Made by a program: the position numbers and the translations under genes
Shown: positions 8,954 to 18,446 of the stretch, piece by piece
Numbering within the stretch: the stretch's first letter is position 1
How the letters are laid out: every line of letters begins with the position of its first letter
Source: an uncultured Gemmatimonadaceae bacterium
GTDB lineage: Bacteria > Gemmatimonadota > Gemmatimonadetes > Gemmatimonadales > Gemmatimonadaceae
DNA: 64,000 nt
Direction of reading: 5' to 3'
Assembly: GCA_963790305.1 (NCBI GenBank)
Contig: CAWBOC010000009.1
Coordinates: 544,001-608,000 of the forward strand
The notes under the pieces: generated by a model
Database searches by the model: none
Told to the model about the DNA's origin: nothing
What the model saw: the letters and a program-made list of their open reading frames with translations, nothing else

Positions 8954-9985
8954 TCATCGCGTGAAGTTGAACGTGAAACCGTACGTCCCGCCACCACGAT
9001 CGGACGCAGGGAACCGCCACCCGCGGATGCGCTGCCGAATGCAGTTCTCCGCCTCGGACGCACCCGCACCACCCCAGCTACGCCCTGTGACGTCCACGCC
9101 GGTGACGCTCCCGGCACCCGTCAAGGTAATCGCGACGTTCACCTTACCGGCGAGGCTCGGGTTGACTTTGAGCCCGTACTCCTGGTAGCAGAAGCGTAGC
9201 TGCGACTCGCGCGACCGCACGAAGTTGCCGAGGTCTCCGACGTCCCGTCCGGGACCGCCGAGCGCGTCCGGCGCCACCACGCGAGGCGGCTCGACACGAA
9301 CGGCGGCACGCGTCATCCCACCACCGGCACCGACGCCGCCGATTCCGCCGCCGCCGCCACCACCGGTGCCAAGTCCACCGCCAATTCCGCCGCGACCGGG
9401 GGTGCGAGAGCCCTCGCCTCCCTGGCCATAGCCAATGACGGCCTTCCCGCCAACGCCGCCACCACCGGTGCCGGCTCGTCCACCACCGGTACCGCCGGTG
9501 CCTGACGATACGTCGACCCCGCGCAGGATATTCGAGACGTCACCGACGAGACCGCCGCTGCCCTGTCCCGCCCCTGTCCCGAACGCAGCACCGATCGCCC
9601 CGGCGCGGTTGGTCTCGGTCTGGGAGCCGGGTCGGTTGGGCCGCGGGCTGCCCGCCTCGGGGCCACGCTGGCCCGGCGGGCGCGTGGTCGGCCCTGGCGC
9701 GGGCTGCTGTTCCGCTTCGCCTGGCTGCGGGGCCGGCGGTTGCGTCTCCTCGAACTCCACCGTCAACGGCGCGCTCAGCTCCTCCTCCGGGATCAGCTGG
9801 ATCGTCGGTTCGACTGCCGGAAGGAAGATCACCAGCGCAATCCACAACAAGCCAAGCGCGACCGCGACGACGTACGAGCCGACGATGGCACGGCCCTCCT
9901 CACCCATGATCTCATAGCGGAGATTCCGGGTGAAGGTCGTTTCGTCTCGTGACCGCTTGGGCGGTGCTGAACGTGTTTCTGCCAT
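8954..9985 (-). CDS. TonB/TolA-like protein with AgmX/PglI C-terminal domain (GltG-like)
   Basis: Single TM, Pro-rich then Gly-rich linker, QLRFCYQEYGLKVNPSLAGKV...ENCIRQRIRGWRFP. Confidence 0.85.
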   Translation of the reverse strand: MAETRSAPPKRSRDETTFTRNLRYEIMGEEGRAIVGSYVVAVALGLLWIALVIFLPAVEPTIQLIPEEELSAPLTVEFEETQPPAPQPGEAEQQPAPGPTTRPPGQRGPEAGSPRPNRPGSQTETNRAGAIGAAFGTGAGQGSGGLVGDVSNILRGVDVSSGTGGTGGGRAGTGGGGVGGKAVIGYGQGGEGSRTPGRGGIGGGLGTGGGGGGGIGGVGAGGGMTRAAVRVEPPRVVAPDALGGPGRDVGDLGNFVRSRESQLRFCYQEYGLKVNPSLAGKVNVAITLTGAGSVTGVDVTGRSWGGAGASEAENCIRQRIRGWRFPASDRGGGTYGFTFNFTR

Positions 9986-9986
9986 T

Positions 9987-10532
9987 CTACCTCGAGGCCT
10001 GCGTGGCCCCCGGAGCTTCCGTCTTGTGAACCTGCAGCGATATGGAGCGGAACCCGGCCAGCCTCGCTGTTTGCATCACGCGCGCAAGGAGGTCGTAGCG
10101 CATCGACTTGTCGCCCTGTACCGCCAGCGGCACGTCGATTGACTGATCCTGTCCCAGGTTCTTGTCTCGCCTGAGCGAGTCTGCCTTCTGCCGAAGCGTA
10201 TTGTACAAACGGGGAATCAGCAGCGGCTGATTTGGATCGTTCGACACGGCCCGCGCCGCGTCGACCGTCTCCATGATAGCGTCCTCGCCCAGCGTGATTT
10301 GCCGTCCAATGCCGAGCGTGAGCTGCTTGTGCGCCACCGCGCCAACGCGCGACTCCGGCAGTGTCACACCCGATACGACCTCGGTGAGCTCGCTGACGGT
10401 CTGCGTCGTCAACGCGAAGAACACGATGGAGACAAATGTATCTACCAGCGGAATCAGATTGAGTTCCGTGATTCGGAACTTCGCGAACTGGGCCGCCCGA
10501 CGCGCGGCTCGATTCTCACGGGCGCGACTCAT
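9987..10532 (-). CDS. ExbD/TolR family motor subunit (AglS/AglQ-like)
   Basis: ELNLIPLVD (conserved Asp) + TM; VQGDKSMRYDLLARVMQTARLAGF. Confidence 0.9.
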   Translation of the reverse strand: MSRARENRAARRAAQFAKFRITELNLIPLVDTFVSIVFFALTTQTVSELTEVVSGVTLPESRVGAVAHKQLTLGIGRQITLGEDAIMETVDAARAVSNDPNQPLLIPRLYNTLRQKADSLRRDKNLGQDQSIDVPLAVQGDKSMRYDLLARVMQTARLAGFRSISLQVHKTEAPGATQASR

Positions 10533-11068
10533 GGACGAGCTCCGGCGGCGTTATTGGCTACCTGCCGCGCGCGGTTGCTCAACGACATCCCCGTGAATCC
10601 CGCGAGCTTCAGTCGCTCGAGCACCTGAACGACGCGCTCGTAACTGACGTCGTCGTTGGGCACCACGGTCACGTCCCTGTTCTGCGGAAAGTCGGTCCGT
10701 ACCTGCTTCATGAGAGCCTCGAACCGGTCGAGCGCGGCCGCGTCCGTGCCGGCCACGGGCTGGTTGAGCCCCTCCGAATGTTCCACTTGCACCCTGTCGG
10801 TATAGATCCGCACGCCCACGAGGAGGTTGATGACTTCCTGCTCGGAGCGAATGCGCGCCGCCTCCTCTGGAGTCGTGATGACGACAGGAGGAAGCACGAG
10901 ATCGAACGCCGTCAGCGCCGCCATTGCGGCGCCGGTGTACGTCAGCAGGCTGAAGAACACGATCGACGTCAGAATGTCCACGAGCGGGATGAGATTCAGG
11001 CTCCCGTGCGCGGTCATCGGCGCCCGCTCGGCGCGACGCTGTTTCGATCGATGAAAGAGACTAGCCAT
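10529..11068 (-). CDS. ExbD/TolR family motor subunit (AglQ/AglS-like)
   Basis: SLNLIPLVD + TM; VVPNDDVSYERVVQVLE. Confidence 0.9.
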   Translation of the reverse strand: MASLFHRSKQRRAERAPMTAHGSLNLIPLVDILTSIVFFSLLTYTGAAMAALTAFDLVLPPVVITTPEEAARIRSEQEVINLLVGVRIYTDRVQVEHSEGLNQPVAGTDAAALDRFEALMKQVRTDFPQNRDVTVVPNDDVSYERVVQVLERLKLAGFTGMSLSNRARQVANNAAGARP

Positions 11069-11071
11069 ATC

Positions 11072-11141
11072 TGATCGATGAGGAGTGAGGCATGAGGAGT
11101 GAGGAAATCGATTCCCTCACTCCTCGGTCCTCGTTCCTCTC
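11072..11141. repeat. Heptamer-periodic inverted repeat (TGAGGAG-like / CTCNNTC-like)
   Basis: tgaggag tgaggca tgaggag tgaggaa ... ctcactc ctcggtc ctcgttc. Confidence 0.75.
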
Positions 11142-11786
11142 CTAACGGTGCCCCAGTCGCACGTCCGGCCGATCGATGAGCGCGTTGATCAACCGAACGG
11201 AGAACTCGTCGACTTGCTCGATGATCGTCTCCGCCTGGCTCACGAGATACGCGTGCGCCACGGACAGCGGCACAGCGACCAGCAGTCCGAAACCTGTCGC
11301 ATTCAGCGCGATCGCGATACCCTGCGCCAGCGATGCGGAACGCTCAGCGGCGGAGGCGAGGCTCACGGAGCTGAACGCCTCGCGCAGGCCGAAGATCGTG
11401 CCGAGCAGTCCCAGCAGCGTGGCGACGTTCGCCAGCATCGGGAGATAGTGGAGCCGCCGCGTCAGCCGCGGGAGCACCGCGAGCGCCGCGGCATCGGCGA
11501 CGTTCTGGAGGTCCGCCTCATCACGGCTGCGACTGCGCAGAATCAGCAGTCCCATGTCAGGCAGCACCGCGTGCGACTGGGTGCAGAGCTTGATGGCATC
11601 CTCGACCTTGCCGGACCGCACGAGCTGAATGACGCGCTCAATGAAGGCGCGCCCGTTGATCTTCGACCGGATGACGATGGTGTAGAATCGCTCGAGGAAG
11701 ACGGCAAGTCCGATCACCGCAACGACGAGGATGAAGTGCATGATTGCACCGCCGCTCCGGTAGTACTCCAGCAGGTTGTTCAACAT
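11142..11786 (-). CDS. MotA/TolQ/ExbB proton channel protein (AglR-like)
   Basis: Three TMs; ANVATLLGLLGTIFGL, GIAIALNATGFGLLVAVP; RBS GGAGG. Confidence 0.93.
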   Translation of the reverse strand: MLNNLLEYYRSGGAIMHFILVVAVIGLAVFLERFYTIVIRSKINGRAFIERVIQLVRSGKVEDAIKLCTQSHAVLPDMGLLILRSRSRDEADLQNVADAAALAVLPRLTRRLHYLPMLANVATLLGLLGTIFGLREAFSSVSLASAAERSASLAQGIAIALNATGFGLLVAVPLSVAHAYLVSQAETIIEQVDEFSVRLINALIDRPDVRLGHR

Positions 11787-11879
11787 TTACGCGCGTCCTC
11801 CGAGGGAAGTTCTAGCTCTATCGTCGTTGTCTTACCGGCAAAAGCGCAGGAGCCGTGCCCGGCCCCTGTTCAGATGTCG

Positions 11880-12416
11880 CTACGGCCTGCGAGTGGTGTC
11901 ACGCGGCGCCGCCGGAGCGCCCATGCTCTGCACACGACCCGCGATCGAGTCGAGGCGGGCCCGGCGAAGGGCAATCTCCTTCCGAATCGCCTCGATCTCC
12001 GCTCGCCGTGCCGCATCGCCTGAGGTATCTGCTGGAGCAGCCGGCGTCACACCCGCCACGGGAGCAGGAAGCGGAGCTGGCGTCGTAATGACGCCCACGG
12101 CGGGCGGCGTCATCTGCCGCTCGGCCAGGCGAACGGTGTCGGCCTGGCTCCCCGTAATCGTGCTTCGTGGCACGAGCTGGTATCCGACGGTCGCCAACCC
12201 CAGGAAGTCGGGGTTGTAGAAGTCCGGTACCAGCACGTTCCGATCGAACTGCGGCGCTTCGCGGGGGCGGACCGTCACCACCTGCGGTGTCGGAACCTGG
12301 CCACGAATCTCGATCGTGCGTGAGGTGCCGCGCCGCGTCGGCTGCTGCGCCTCGCCGATCGAGGCGCAGAGGGTCAGCGCGACTGCTACCCCCAATGAAG
12401 CCTGTATCCTGCGCAT
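11880..12416 (-). CDS. Small exported protein, GltF/CglF-like motif plus C-terminal coiled coil
   Basis: Signal peptide; TIEIRGQVPTPQVVTVRPR resembles the GltF-family motif (recognised by eye); position between the large TPR gene and the motor genes. Confidence 0.6.
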   Translation of the reverse strand: MRRIQASLGVAVALTLCASIGEAQQPTRRGTSRTIEIRGQVPTPQVVTVRPREAPQFDRNVLVPDFYNPDFLGLATVGYQLVPRSTITGSQADTVRLAERQMTPPAVGVITTPAPLPAPVAGVTPAAPADTSGDAARRAEIEAIRKEIALRRARLDSIAGRVQSMGAPAAPRDTTRRP

Positions 12417-12417
12417 A

Positions 12418-15400
12418 CTATAAGCCTCCAGCGAGCACGGCTGCCTCGCGTAAGATCATGGCCATCGGCGGGTCGGCCGGAACGTTTCCACGCAGGGCCT
12501 CGCGGGCCCGCTCCACCCAGTCTCGTGCTTCCGCGTCGGTCACACCAGGCGTCTGCTCCGCCTTCTCCACGAGCGACTGCCAGGTCTTCCGCGCCGCCTC
12601 GAAGAATTGCTCCGCCTGCTGCGCGGCCCCCTGCTCTCCCGCTTGCTGCTCTTCCGGCGTGAGCCCTGCAGGCAGCTGCACGTTGCGAAGGAACGTTCCG
12701 TAATCCCACTGAGCGAGTCCGAGGTGATACGTCGCGGCAGCGAGCCAGCGAGCATTCCCCGTCTTGATCGCGTTCGTAAAGTGGGTCGACATCTCGCGCA
12801 GCACCGCCTGCTTCTGTCGCTGCGCGCGTTGGACGCCCGCCGCCGTCAGCTGAGCCTTCGTCGAAATCACGAAGCGGAGTGTTCGATATCGAGGCCACAG
12901 CGCCGCGCCCCGACGGAAGTGTCCCTCTGCCACTCGCGCCGCGCACTGGCCTCGGATCTCCGGGGTCGGGCGCGCGCACAGGGCCGTGAGCTCGCGGCTC
13001 GCCGCTGCCGTGTCGCCAGCTGCCCGCAGGAACTCCAGTCGGGTCTGGCGAGCAGCTGCCGCACGCTGATCACTTGGGAACCGCGACGCGAACGATCCGT
13101 AGGCGCGTGCCGCCGCCGCCGTGTCGCCCGCTTGCGCGAACGTCACCGCCGCATTGATCTGCGCATCGGCAGCGCGTCGATCGCGTGGATACGTCCGTGA
13201 GAATTCCTCATAGGCCTGCGCCGCTTCCGCTTTCCTGTTCAGCGAGTCGAGCGCGACCGCGAGACGCACCATGGCGTCGGCGCGGCCCTCCCAACGAGGA
13301 TTGTCGCGGATGAGCCCGCGAAGCGCTTCGACCGCTTCTTCGCGCCGGCCAACCTCGGCGAGCAGACGGCCCTGCAGTGCCTGGTACTGGAGACGATACC
13401 GGTAGCTCGGATACTGCGTGACCAGCCGCTGCGAAAGCTCGATCGCACGGTCGCGCGCCTGGCGCGATGCCGCGTCATCACCCCGCGCACGCGCCGCGCT
13501 GTCAGCCAGCAGATAAACCTCGATCGCATCACGCAGCGCTTCGGGGGCGCGCTCAGACGTCGGATTCCGTTCCGCGATCGCGACGTAGATCTCTTCCGCC
13601 GCGCGCCGGTATTCTCCCTGCTTCACGAGCGTGTCGGCGAACGTCGCCGCGGCACCGGTGCGAATGCGGCTGATGGAGTCGGCAAGCGCACGACGCCCGG
13701 TACTCGTGGCGACTGTCTGCGCCGCTTCCCACTGAATCTGTGCTTCCGCGTACTGTCCACCGCGGTACATCGCGTCACCGACGAGCTTCTGTGCCGTCGG
13801 CGTGTACGCATCGTTCGGGTACAGCTGCGCGTACCGCTGAAACGTCTGGGCCATCACGTCCCACCGCTGCGATTCGGACGCGCGTTTCCCCTTCTGGATC
13901 AACGCGCGCTTCGCGAGGTCGGTCTGCGGGAACGCGGCGACATATCGATCCACCACGGCGAACATCGAATCCTGCGCCGCACGGTCGTTCTTGTTGCGCA
14001 CCAGCGCCGAATCAAACGCCACGATCGCATTCTGCCCCGCCCTCTGCGCGAGCGCGGTGTCACGCGGAGGATACGCGTAGGCGGCACGAGAGTACTGTAC
14101 GCCGGCCTCCGCATAGTTCTGCTGTCCGAACAGCGCTTCGCCGTAGAGCAGCGCCACGCGTTGTGCGCTGTCGGCCTGTCCGAATTCCTGCATGTACCGC
14201 CCGTACAGCTGCGCCGCCTCCGCAAAGCGAGCGCGGTCGTTGCGCTGCTGCGCCTGCGAGAGGCGGAACTGCGCGCTCTGGCGCAGCGCCTCCTCGCGGG
14301 CCGTATTCGCTGCAGCGACCGCGCCCGGATTGGCCTGCGCCCAGCGGGAGCTTGGTCCGAAGTTCTCGACGAGGGCGAGTCGAGCCTCCTGCGCCTTTTC
14401 GGGGTCGAGGACGCGGTTCTGATAGATGTCGACGATCTCGCGCTGAATGCCGAGCGCTGCCGAGTCGGTCGGAGCTTCGGTGATGACGGCGCGGTAGGCC
14501 TCTACGGCGCCCGCGAAATCACCTTGATCGCGCAGGCTCTGCGCAACGCGACGCATGACTGGCAGGCGATAGCGCCCGGTGCCTTCGCGACCGCTGAAGT
14601 ACTGGTCGGCCGCTTGGGCGCCACCGACCTGCGTGAACGCGATCGCCATGTATTCGATGGCTTCCGCCTGCAGACCGAGTCGAGCCTGCTGCTCCGACGA
14701 CAGCTGATCGTAGGACGCGACCAGTCGGCCGAACACCTCCACCGCGCGTCGGTACTCTTCCTGATTCGCCGCCGTCGCCTGGTTGTAGTAGGCCCAGCCG
14801 AGCTTGTAGAGCGCGAGGAAGTAGATGTCGCCGTTAGGCGGCGCCGACTGGGTCGCGGCCTCGTAGGCGGCAGCCGCGCGGGCAAAGGTCTCACGCCGCG
14901 CCGCACCACGCTGCTGGGCCGCGAGCTCGAACATCGCGTCGCCAAGACGGAAGAACGCCTCGGGGCGGAATCGCGAGGAATCGTCCTTCGTGACCGCCTC
15001 GAACATCCGCGCGGCATCGGCATACCGCTGCGCGGAAAAATACATCGTCCCCAGGGTGTACGAGGCCGCGTCGAACTTCGAGAAGTTCGGATAGCGCCGT
15101 ACCAGATCCTCGAGGCGTGCGATCGCCGGCTCGTAGTTCGGACGAATCGGGGTGTCCGCGCGAGCGGCACTGTCACCGCCGACGGCGCGCTGCGACTCGG
15201 CGAAATCCTCATCCGCCTTGCGAACGAGCAGCTCGCTCAGTTGAAAGAGGGCGTTGGGCCGCAGGTCGCTCGCGGGATACTTATTGAGAAATGCCTCCAG
15301 CTTCACGATCGCCTCGTCCCGCACGGTATCCGCGGATGAGGTCGCCATCGCGACGAGCCGAGTACTCCCCTGCTGCGCGGGCGCCTGGGAGGGTGCGGTT

Positions 15401-15435
15401 GCGAGGAGAGCGAGGAGTCCGAGTAAACGCTTCAT
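12418..15435 (-). CDS. Large periplasmic TPR protein (GltD/AgmU-like)
   Basis: Signal peptide; many TPRs; ALYKLGWAYY, VQLPAGLTPEEQ C-terminal motif as in GltD-like proteins. Confidence 0.8.
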   Translation of the reverse strand: MKRLLGLLALLATAPSQAPAQQGSTRLVAMATSSADTVRDEAIVKLEAFLNKYPASDLRPNALFQLSELLVRKADEDFAESQRAVGGDSAARADTPIRPNYEPAIARLEDLVRRYPNFSKFDAASYTLGTMYFSAQRYADAARMFEAVTKDDSSRFRPEAFFRLGDAMFELAAQQRGAARRETFARAAAAYEAATQSAPPNGDIYFLALYKLGWAYYNQATAANQEEYRRAVEVFGRLVASYDQLSSEQQARLGLQAEAIEYMAIAFTQVGGAQAADQYFSGREGTGRYRLPVMRRVAQSLRDQGDFAGAVEAYRAVITEAPTDSAALGIQREIVDIYQNRVLDPEKAQEARLALVENFGPSSRWAQANPGAVAAANTAREEALRQSAQFRLSQAQQRNDRARFAEAAQLYGRYMQEFGQADSAQRVALLYGEALFGQQNYAEAGVQYSRAAYAYPPRDTALAQRAGQNAIVAFDSALVRNKNDRAAQDSMFAVVDRYVAAFPQTDLAKRALIQKGKRASESQRWDVMAQTFQRYAQLYPNDAYTPTAQKLVGDAMYRGGQYAEAQIQWEAAQTVATSTGRRALADSISRIRTGAAATFADTLVKQGEYRRAAEEIYVAIAERNPTSERAPEALRDAIEVYLLADSAARARGDDAASRQARDRAIELSQRLVTQYPSYRYRLQYQALQGRLLAEVGRREEAVEALRGLIRDNPRWEGRADAMVRLAVALDSLNRKAEAAQAYEEFSRTYPRDRRAADAQINAAVTFAQAGDTAAAARAYGSFASRFPSDQRAAAARQTRLEFLRAAGDTAAASRELTALCARPTPEIRGQCAARVAEGHFRRGAALWPRYRTLRFVISTKAQLTAAGVQRAQRQKQAVLREMSTHFTNAIKTGNARWLAAATYHLGLAQWDYGTFLRNVQLPAGLTPEEQQAGEQGAAQQAEQFFEAARKTWQSLVEKAEQTPGVTDAEARDWVERAREALRGNVPADPPMAMILREAAVLAGGL

Positions 15436-15438
15436 ATG

Positions 15439-17718
15439 CTATCGGGGTGTCGATGGCGTGACAGGAGCGGGAGTCGTCTGTTCTGCTCCCGCGACGGTGC
15501 CCGATCCAGTACCCCCCGCCCGACCCTGAGTGCCCGCTGCACGCGTGCCGGTTGGCTCGACCACCTGGAAGAACGACGCGCTCGCCGATCCGAAATCAGC
15601 AGCCTCAGCGTCCTTCCGCAGTTGCGCGATCATGCGCTCCGCACGCGACCGAAGCTCGGCGTCCACCACGGCAATCACCTGGGCTTCACCCTGCGCCAGG
15701 GCTGCCTGCGCACTGGCGAGCGCTGCCCGCGCGGCTTGCACCCGCTCCGTGTCCCCGCCCTGCATTGCGGCGAGCTCGGCAGCCACGATCTGCTGCGTCG
15801 CGTCGAGCTGCGTGCGAACGGAGTCTACCAGCGCGAACGCATGCGCCGACTTCTGCTGCAGCGAATCGCGCAAGGCTACCACGGGGTGGCGGCGCACGGC
15901 GCTCTCGATGTTCTGCTCGATCGCCGTGGCGAGCCGCAAATAGATTTCGGCGGTCGAGCGCTCGGACTGCAGGATGTTTGCTTCCGTTGAGCCCGAGCTC
16001 GCGCCCAATGCGGCTCGCGTGCTATCGACCTTCGTCAGATTCGCTTGTGCGAGCTCGCGTGTCTCGGCCGCGCTCGCCACGAGCATGTCGCGCACCATAT
16101 TCGCGACCTCATCCACCACCGCGGAAACACGCTGCAGGGAATCGCGAGCGCCGGTCAGGCGAGCCGTCACTGTGTCGAGACTCGACCGCTCCTGGCCAAT
16201 CACTTCCTGCAAACGCTGGAGTGTCGCCAGACGCAGCTGCTGCGCGTCGAGCTGCTCCTGAAGGCGGAGCTGCGCCATCGCCACCACCACGTCGCCGGCG
16301 GCCAGCCGCTCCGCGGCCTGCGCATAGCGGCCGAGGTTCTCGGCGGAGGCGGGCACGTACAGCACGCGTCTCGGGAACTCCGCGCCAAGCGCGTTGGCCA
16401 CGGTATCGAGGCGAACCTCGACATCGGCCAGCGTCACGACGTCAGGCGCCGGCGGCTCCATCGAAACGCGCGCCAGGGTGCTGTCCGCGAACACCGCTGC
16501 CAGGACCGAGACGTCGGCGCCTGCGGCGTCAGGAAGCGCGAGCGTCTTTCCCGCCGCCGGATAGCTGAGGAACAGCAGCCCAGCGGCGCGAGTCGCCACG
16601 AGTGCCCGGGCGGCGTTGCCCATCTGGGCCGCGCGGCCCTGGACGACGTTCACCTCGGCCGCCAACGAATCGGAGATCGCCTCGAACAGGCGCTCAGCGT
16701 CCGCGGTCCGCCCCTGCTGCAGCTGAATCTGCGCCGCGAGGACGCGTGCTTCGTCGCGCTCGGGCAGCTTCGGGTAGCGAGTGGCGAATTCCGTAAACGA
16801 CGCCGCCGACGCATCGAGCTGGTTGGCGCGGAACTGCGCCCACGCACGAATCAGCAGTGCCTGCGCCCCGAGTCCACGCGCCGCGTCAATCTGGCCGGCG
16901 AGCGAGATGGCGTCATCGTACCGACGGGCAGAATACGCGAGCTGCGCGGCCGTGAGGCGAACGTGGTCAGCGGCATCACCCGTCGCGGTGCCGGCGACCT
17001 GCCGGAGTGCGTCGATGGCGGCGCCGACCTGCGAGGTATCGGCTCGCACCATCGCGACGGCATCCATGTAGCGCGCGTACGTGTTGAATGGTCCTTCACT
17101 TTGCGCGGCAGCGCCGAACGACGTCCGGGCCTGCGCGATGTTCCCCTGATTGTACGCGACGAGACCGGACACCAATGCCGTTAGGCCGCGATCGGTCGCG
17201 ACACCCGCGCCGGCGGCGAGGGCCGTTGCACGTCCATAATCGCCGCGGCGGTATGCGTCCACCATGAGCTGAAGGCGCAGGAGCCCCGCGTATCGGCCCG
17301 ATGGCGACGCATTCAGAATATCCTGCGCGGCGCCGCGGAACCGCTCGCCGACGCCGAGGCGATAGTACGTCTGCGCCAGGAGGAAGAGCAGATCCTGCCG
17401 GCGGTTAACGCTGGCGCGCGAGACGCTGTCGCCGGTCAGCGCGATGGGCGAAGCGCGCAGGAACTCCAGCCGATTGAGCGCGACGAGCGCCCGATCGGTG
17501 GCGATATCGTAGAGCGCCGCGCGAAGCTCCGCATCGACGCCGCGCGCCTGATCCGGCCGCGGCGTGACGACAGTATCACGTCTCGCAGTCGTGTCGACCG
17601 GCGTCGGCCGCTGCGCCGTATCGGCGGGAACCTGCGCCGATGCGGCGGCGCCGGCGATGAAGAGCGCCGTCGCGGCGCCATGGATGCACGACCGCAAGAG
17701 GGAGGACACCGAGCCCAC
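15439..17718 (-). CDS. Periplasmic TPR + coiled-coil protein (GltC-like)
   Basis: Signal-like N-terminus, TPRs (QALLIRAWAQF), long coiled coil; start uncertain (GTG 17718). Confidence 0.7.
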   Translation of the reverse strand: MGSVSSLLRSCIHGAATALFIAGAAASAQVPADTAQRPTPVDTTARRDTVVTPRPDQARGVDAELRAALYDIATDRALVALNRLEFLRASPIALTGDSVSRASVNRRQDLLFLLAQTYYRLGVGERFRGAAQDILNASPSGRYAGLLRLQLMVDAYRRGDYGRATALAAGAGVATDRGLTALVSGLVAYNQGNIAQARTSFGAAAQSEGPFNTYARYMDAVAMVRADTSQVGAAIDALRQVAGTATGDAADHVRLTAAQLAYSARRYDDAISLAGQIDAARGLGAQALLIRAWAQFRANQLDASAASFTEFATRYPKLPERDEARVLAAQIQLQQGRTADAERLFEAISDSLAAEVNVVQGRAAQMGNAARALVATRAAGLLFLSYPAAGKTLALPDAAGADVSVLAAVFADSTLARVSMEPPAPDVVTLADVEVRLDTVANALGAEFPRRVLYVPASAENLGRYAQAAERLAAGDVVVAMAQLRLQEQLDAQQLRLATLQRLQEVIGQERSSLDTVTARLTGARDSLQRVSAVVDEVANMVRDMLVASAAETRELAQANLTKVDSTRAALGASSGSTEANILQSERSTAEIYLRLATAIEQNIESAVRRHPVVALRDSLQQKSAHAFALVDSVRTQLDATQQIVAAELAAMQGGDTERVQAARAALASAQAALAQGEAQVIAVVDAELRSRAERMIAQLRKDAEAADFGSASASFFQVVEPTGTRAAGTQGRAGGTGSGTVAGAEQTTPAPVTPSTPR

Positions 17719-17723
17719 CCTTA

Positions 17724-18419
17724 TCAGAAAGGAGTAGTGCCGCGACTCGTCCACGTCGTCGGGACGAGCTGTCCGTTGCGCACCGCGAACTGCAGGTACG
17801 TGACCGTTTCACCCGCTGTGTTGACGTCGATCGTTTGCACGAGCAGCTGTCCGTTCACGGTCGCCTGGAAGCGGATCGAGTGCCGCGTCGGCAAGACGTC
17901 GGAGCGATACAGCTGGTCGACGGCCCCGAGCTTGAGCGCCTCGTTCGCGGTGGCCGAGTACTCGCGGCTTCCGGCGACCGCGCCATCCACCTCGAGCCGG
18001 GCGTCGGTAATGGTCTGTCCTTGCGCCGCCGAGTCCGCACGCACCATCACGACCAGGACTGAACCGGTGCGCCGACGAACAGCGTCCCCCAGAGAGCGGA
18101 ACCGCTCGCGCTGCGCGATCAGATTGTCCTGCGATGACGTCAGGATCGCATCGAGCTGCATCAGCGCGTCGCGCTCGTTGCTCATCATCAACTGCTGCGC
18201 GCGCCGCTCGAGCTCGGCGGCGAGCACGTTTTCAATGCGGGCCTGCAGCTGCACGCGCTGGCCGCGCAGCTCGCTGAGCCGCTGCTGCGTCGTCTCGAGC
18301 TCTTTCACCAGCTCGGCGCGGCGACGCTCGTAGGCCTCGTCGGCGGGCGAGCGCTGGGCGGCCGCCGCGACGGGAATGAGAAGGGCGAGGGCCGGGGCCC
18401 ACCATCCACGAAGGTTCAT
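17724..18419 (-). CDS. Exported coiled-coil + beta-sandwich protein
   Basis: Signal peptide AAAAQ; ~90 aa coiled coil; LEVDG....REYS....EALKLGAVDQLY beta domain. Confidence 0.7.
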   Translation of the reverse strand: MNLRGWWAPALALLIPVAAAAQRSPADEAYERRRAELVKELETTQQRLSELRGQRVQLQARIENVLAAELERRAQQLMMSNERDALMQLDAILTSSQDNLIAQRERFRSLGDAVRRRTGSVLVVMVRADSAAQGQTITDARLEVDGAVAGSREYSATANEALKLGAVDQLYRSDVLPTRHSIRFQATVNGQLLVQTIDVNTAGETVTYLQFAVRNGQLVPTTWTSRGTTPF

Positions 18420-18446
18420 GAGATCTCGTCGAATGTGCGCACTGGA

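Noticed and set aside
9987..11786. Interpreting the motor genes as ordinary tolQR or exbBD
   Set aside because: Two ExbD paralogs, an AgmX/PglI-type partner, large TPR genes and no tolB/pal fit an Agl-Glt-like system better
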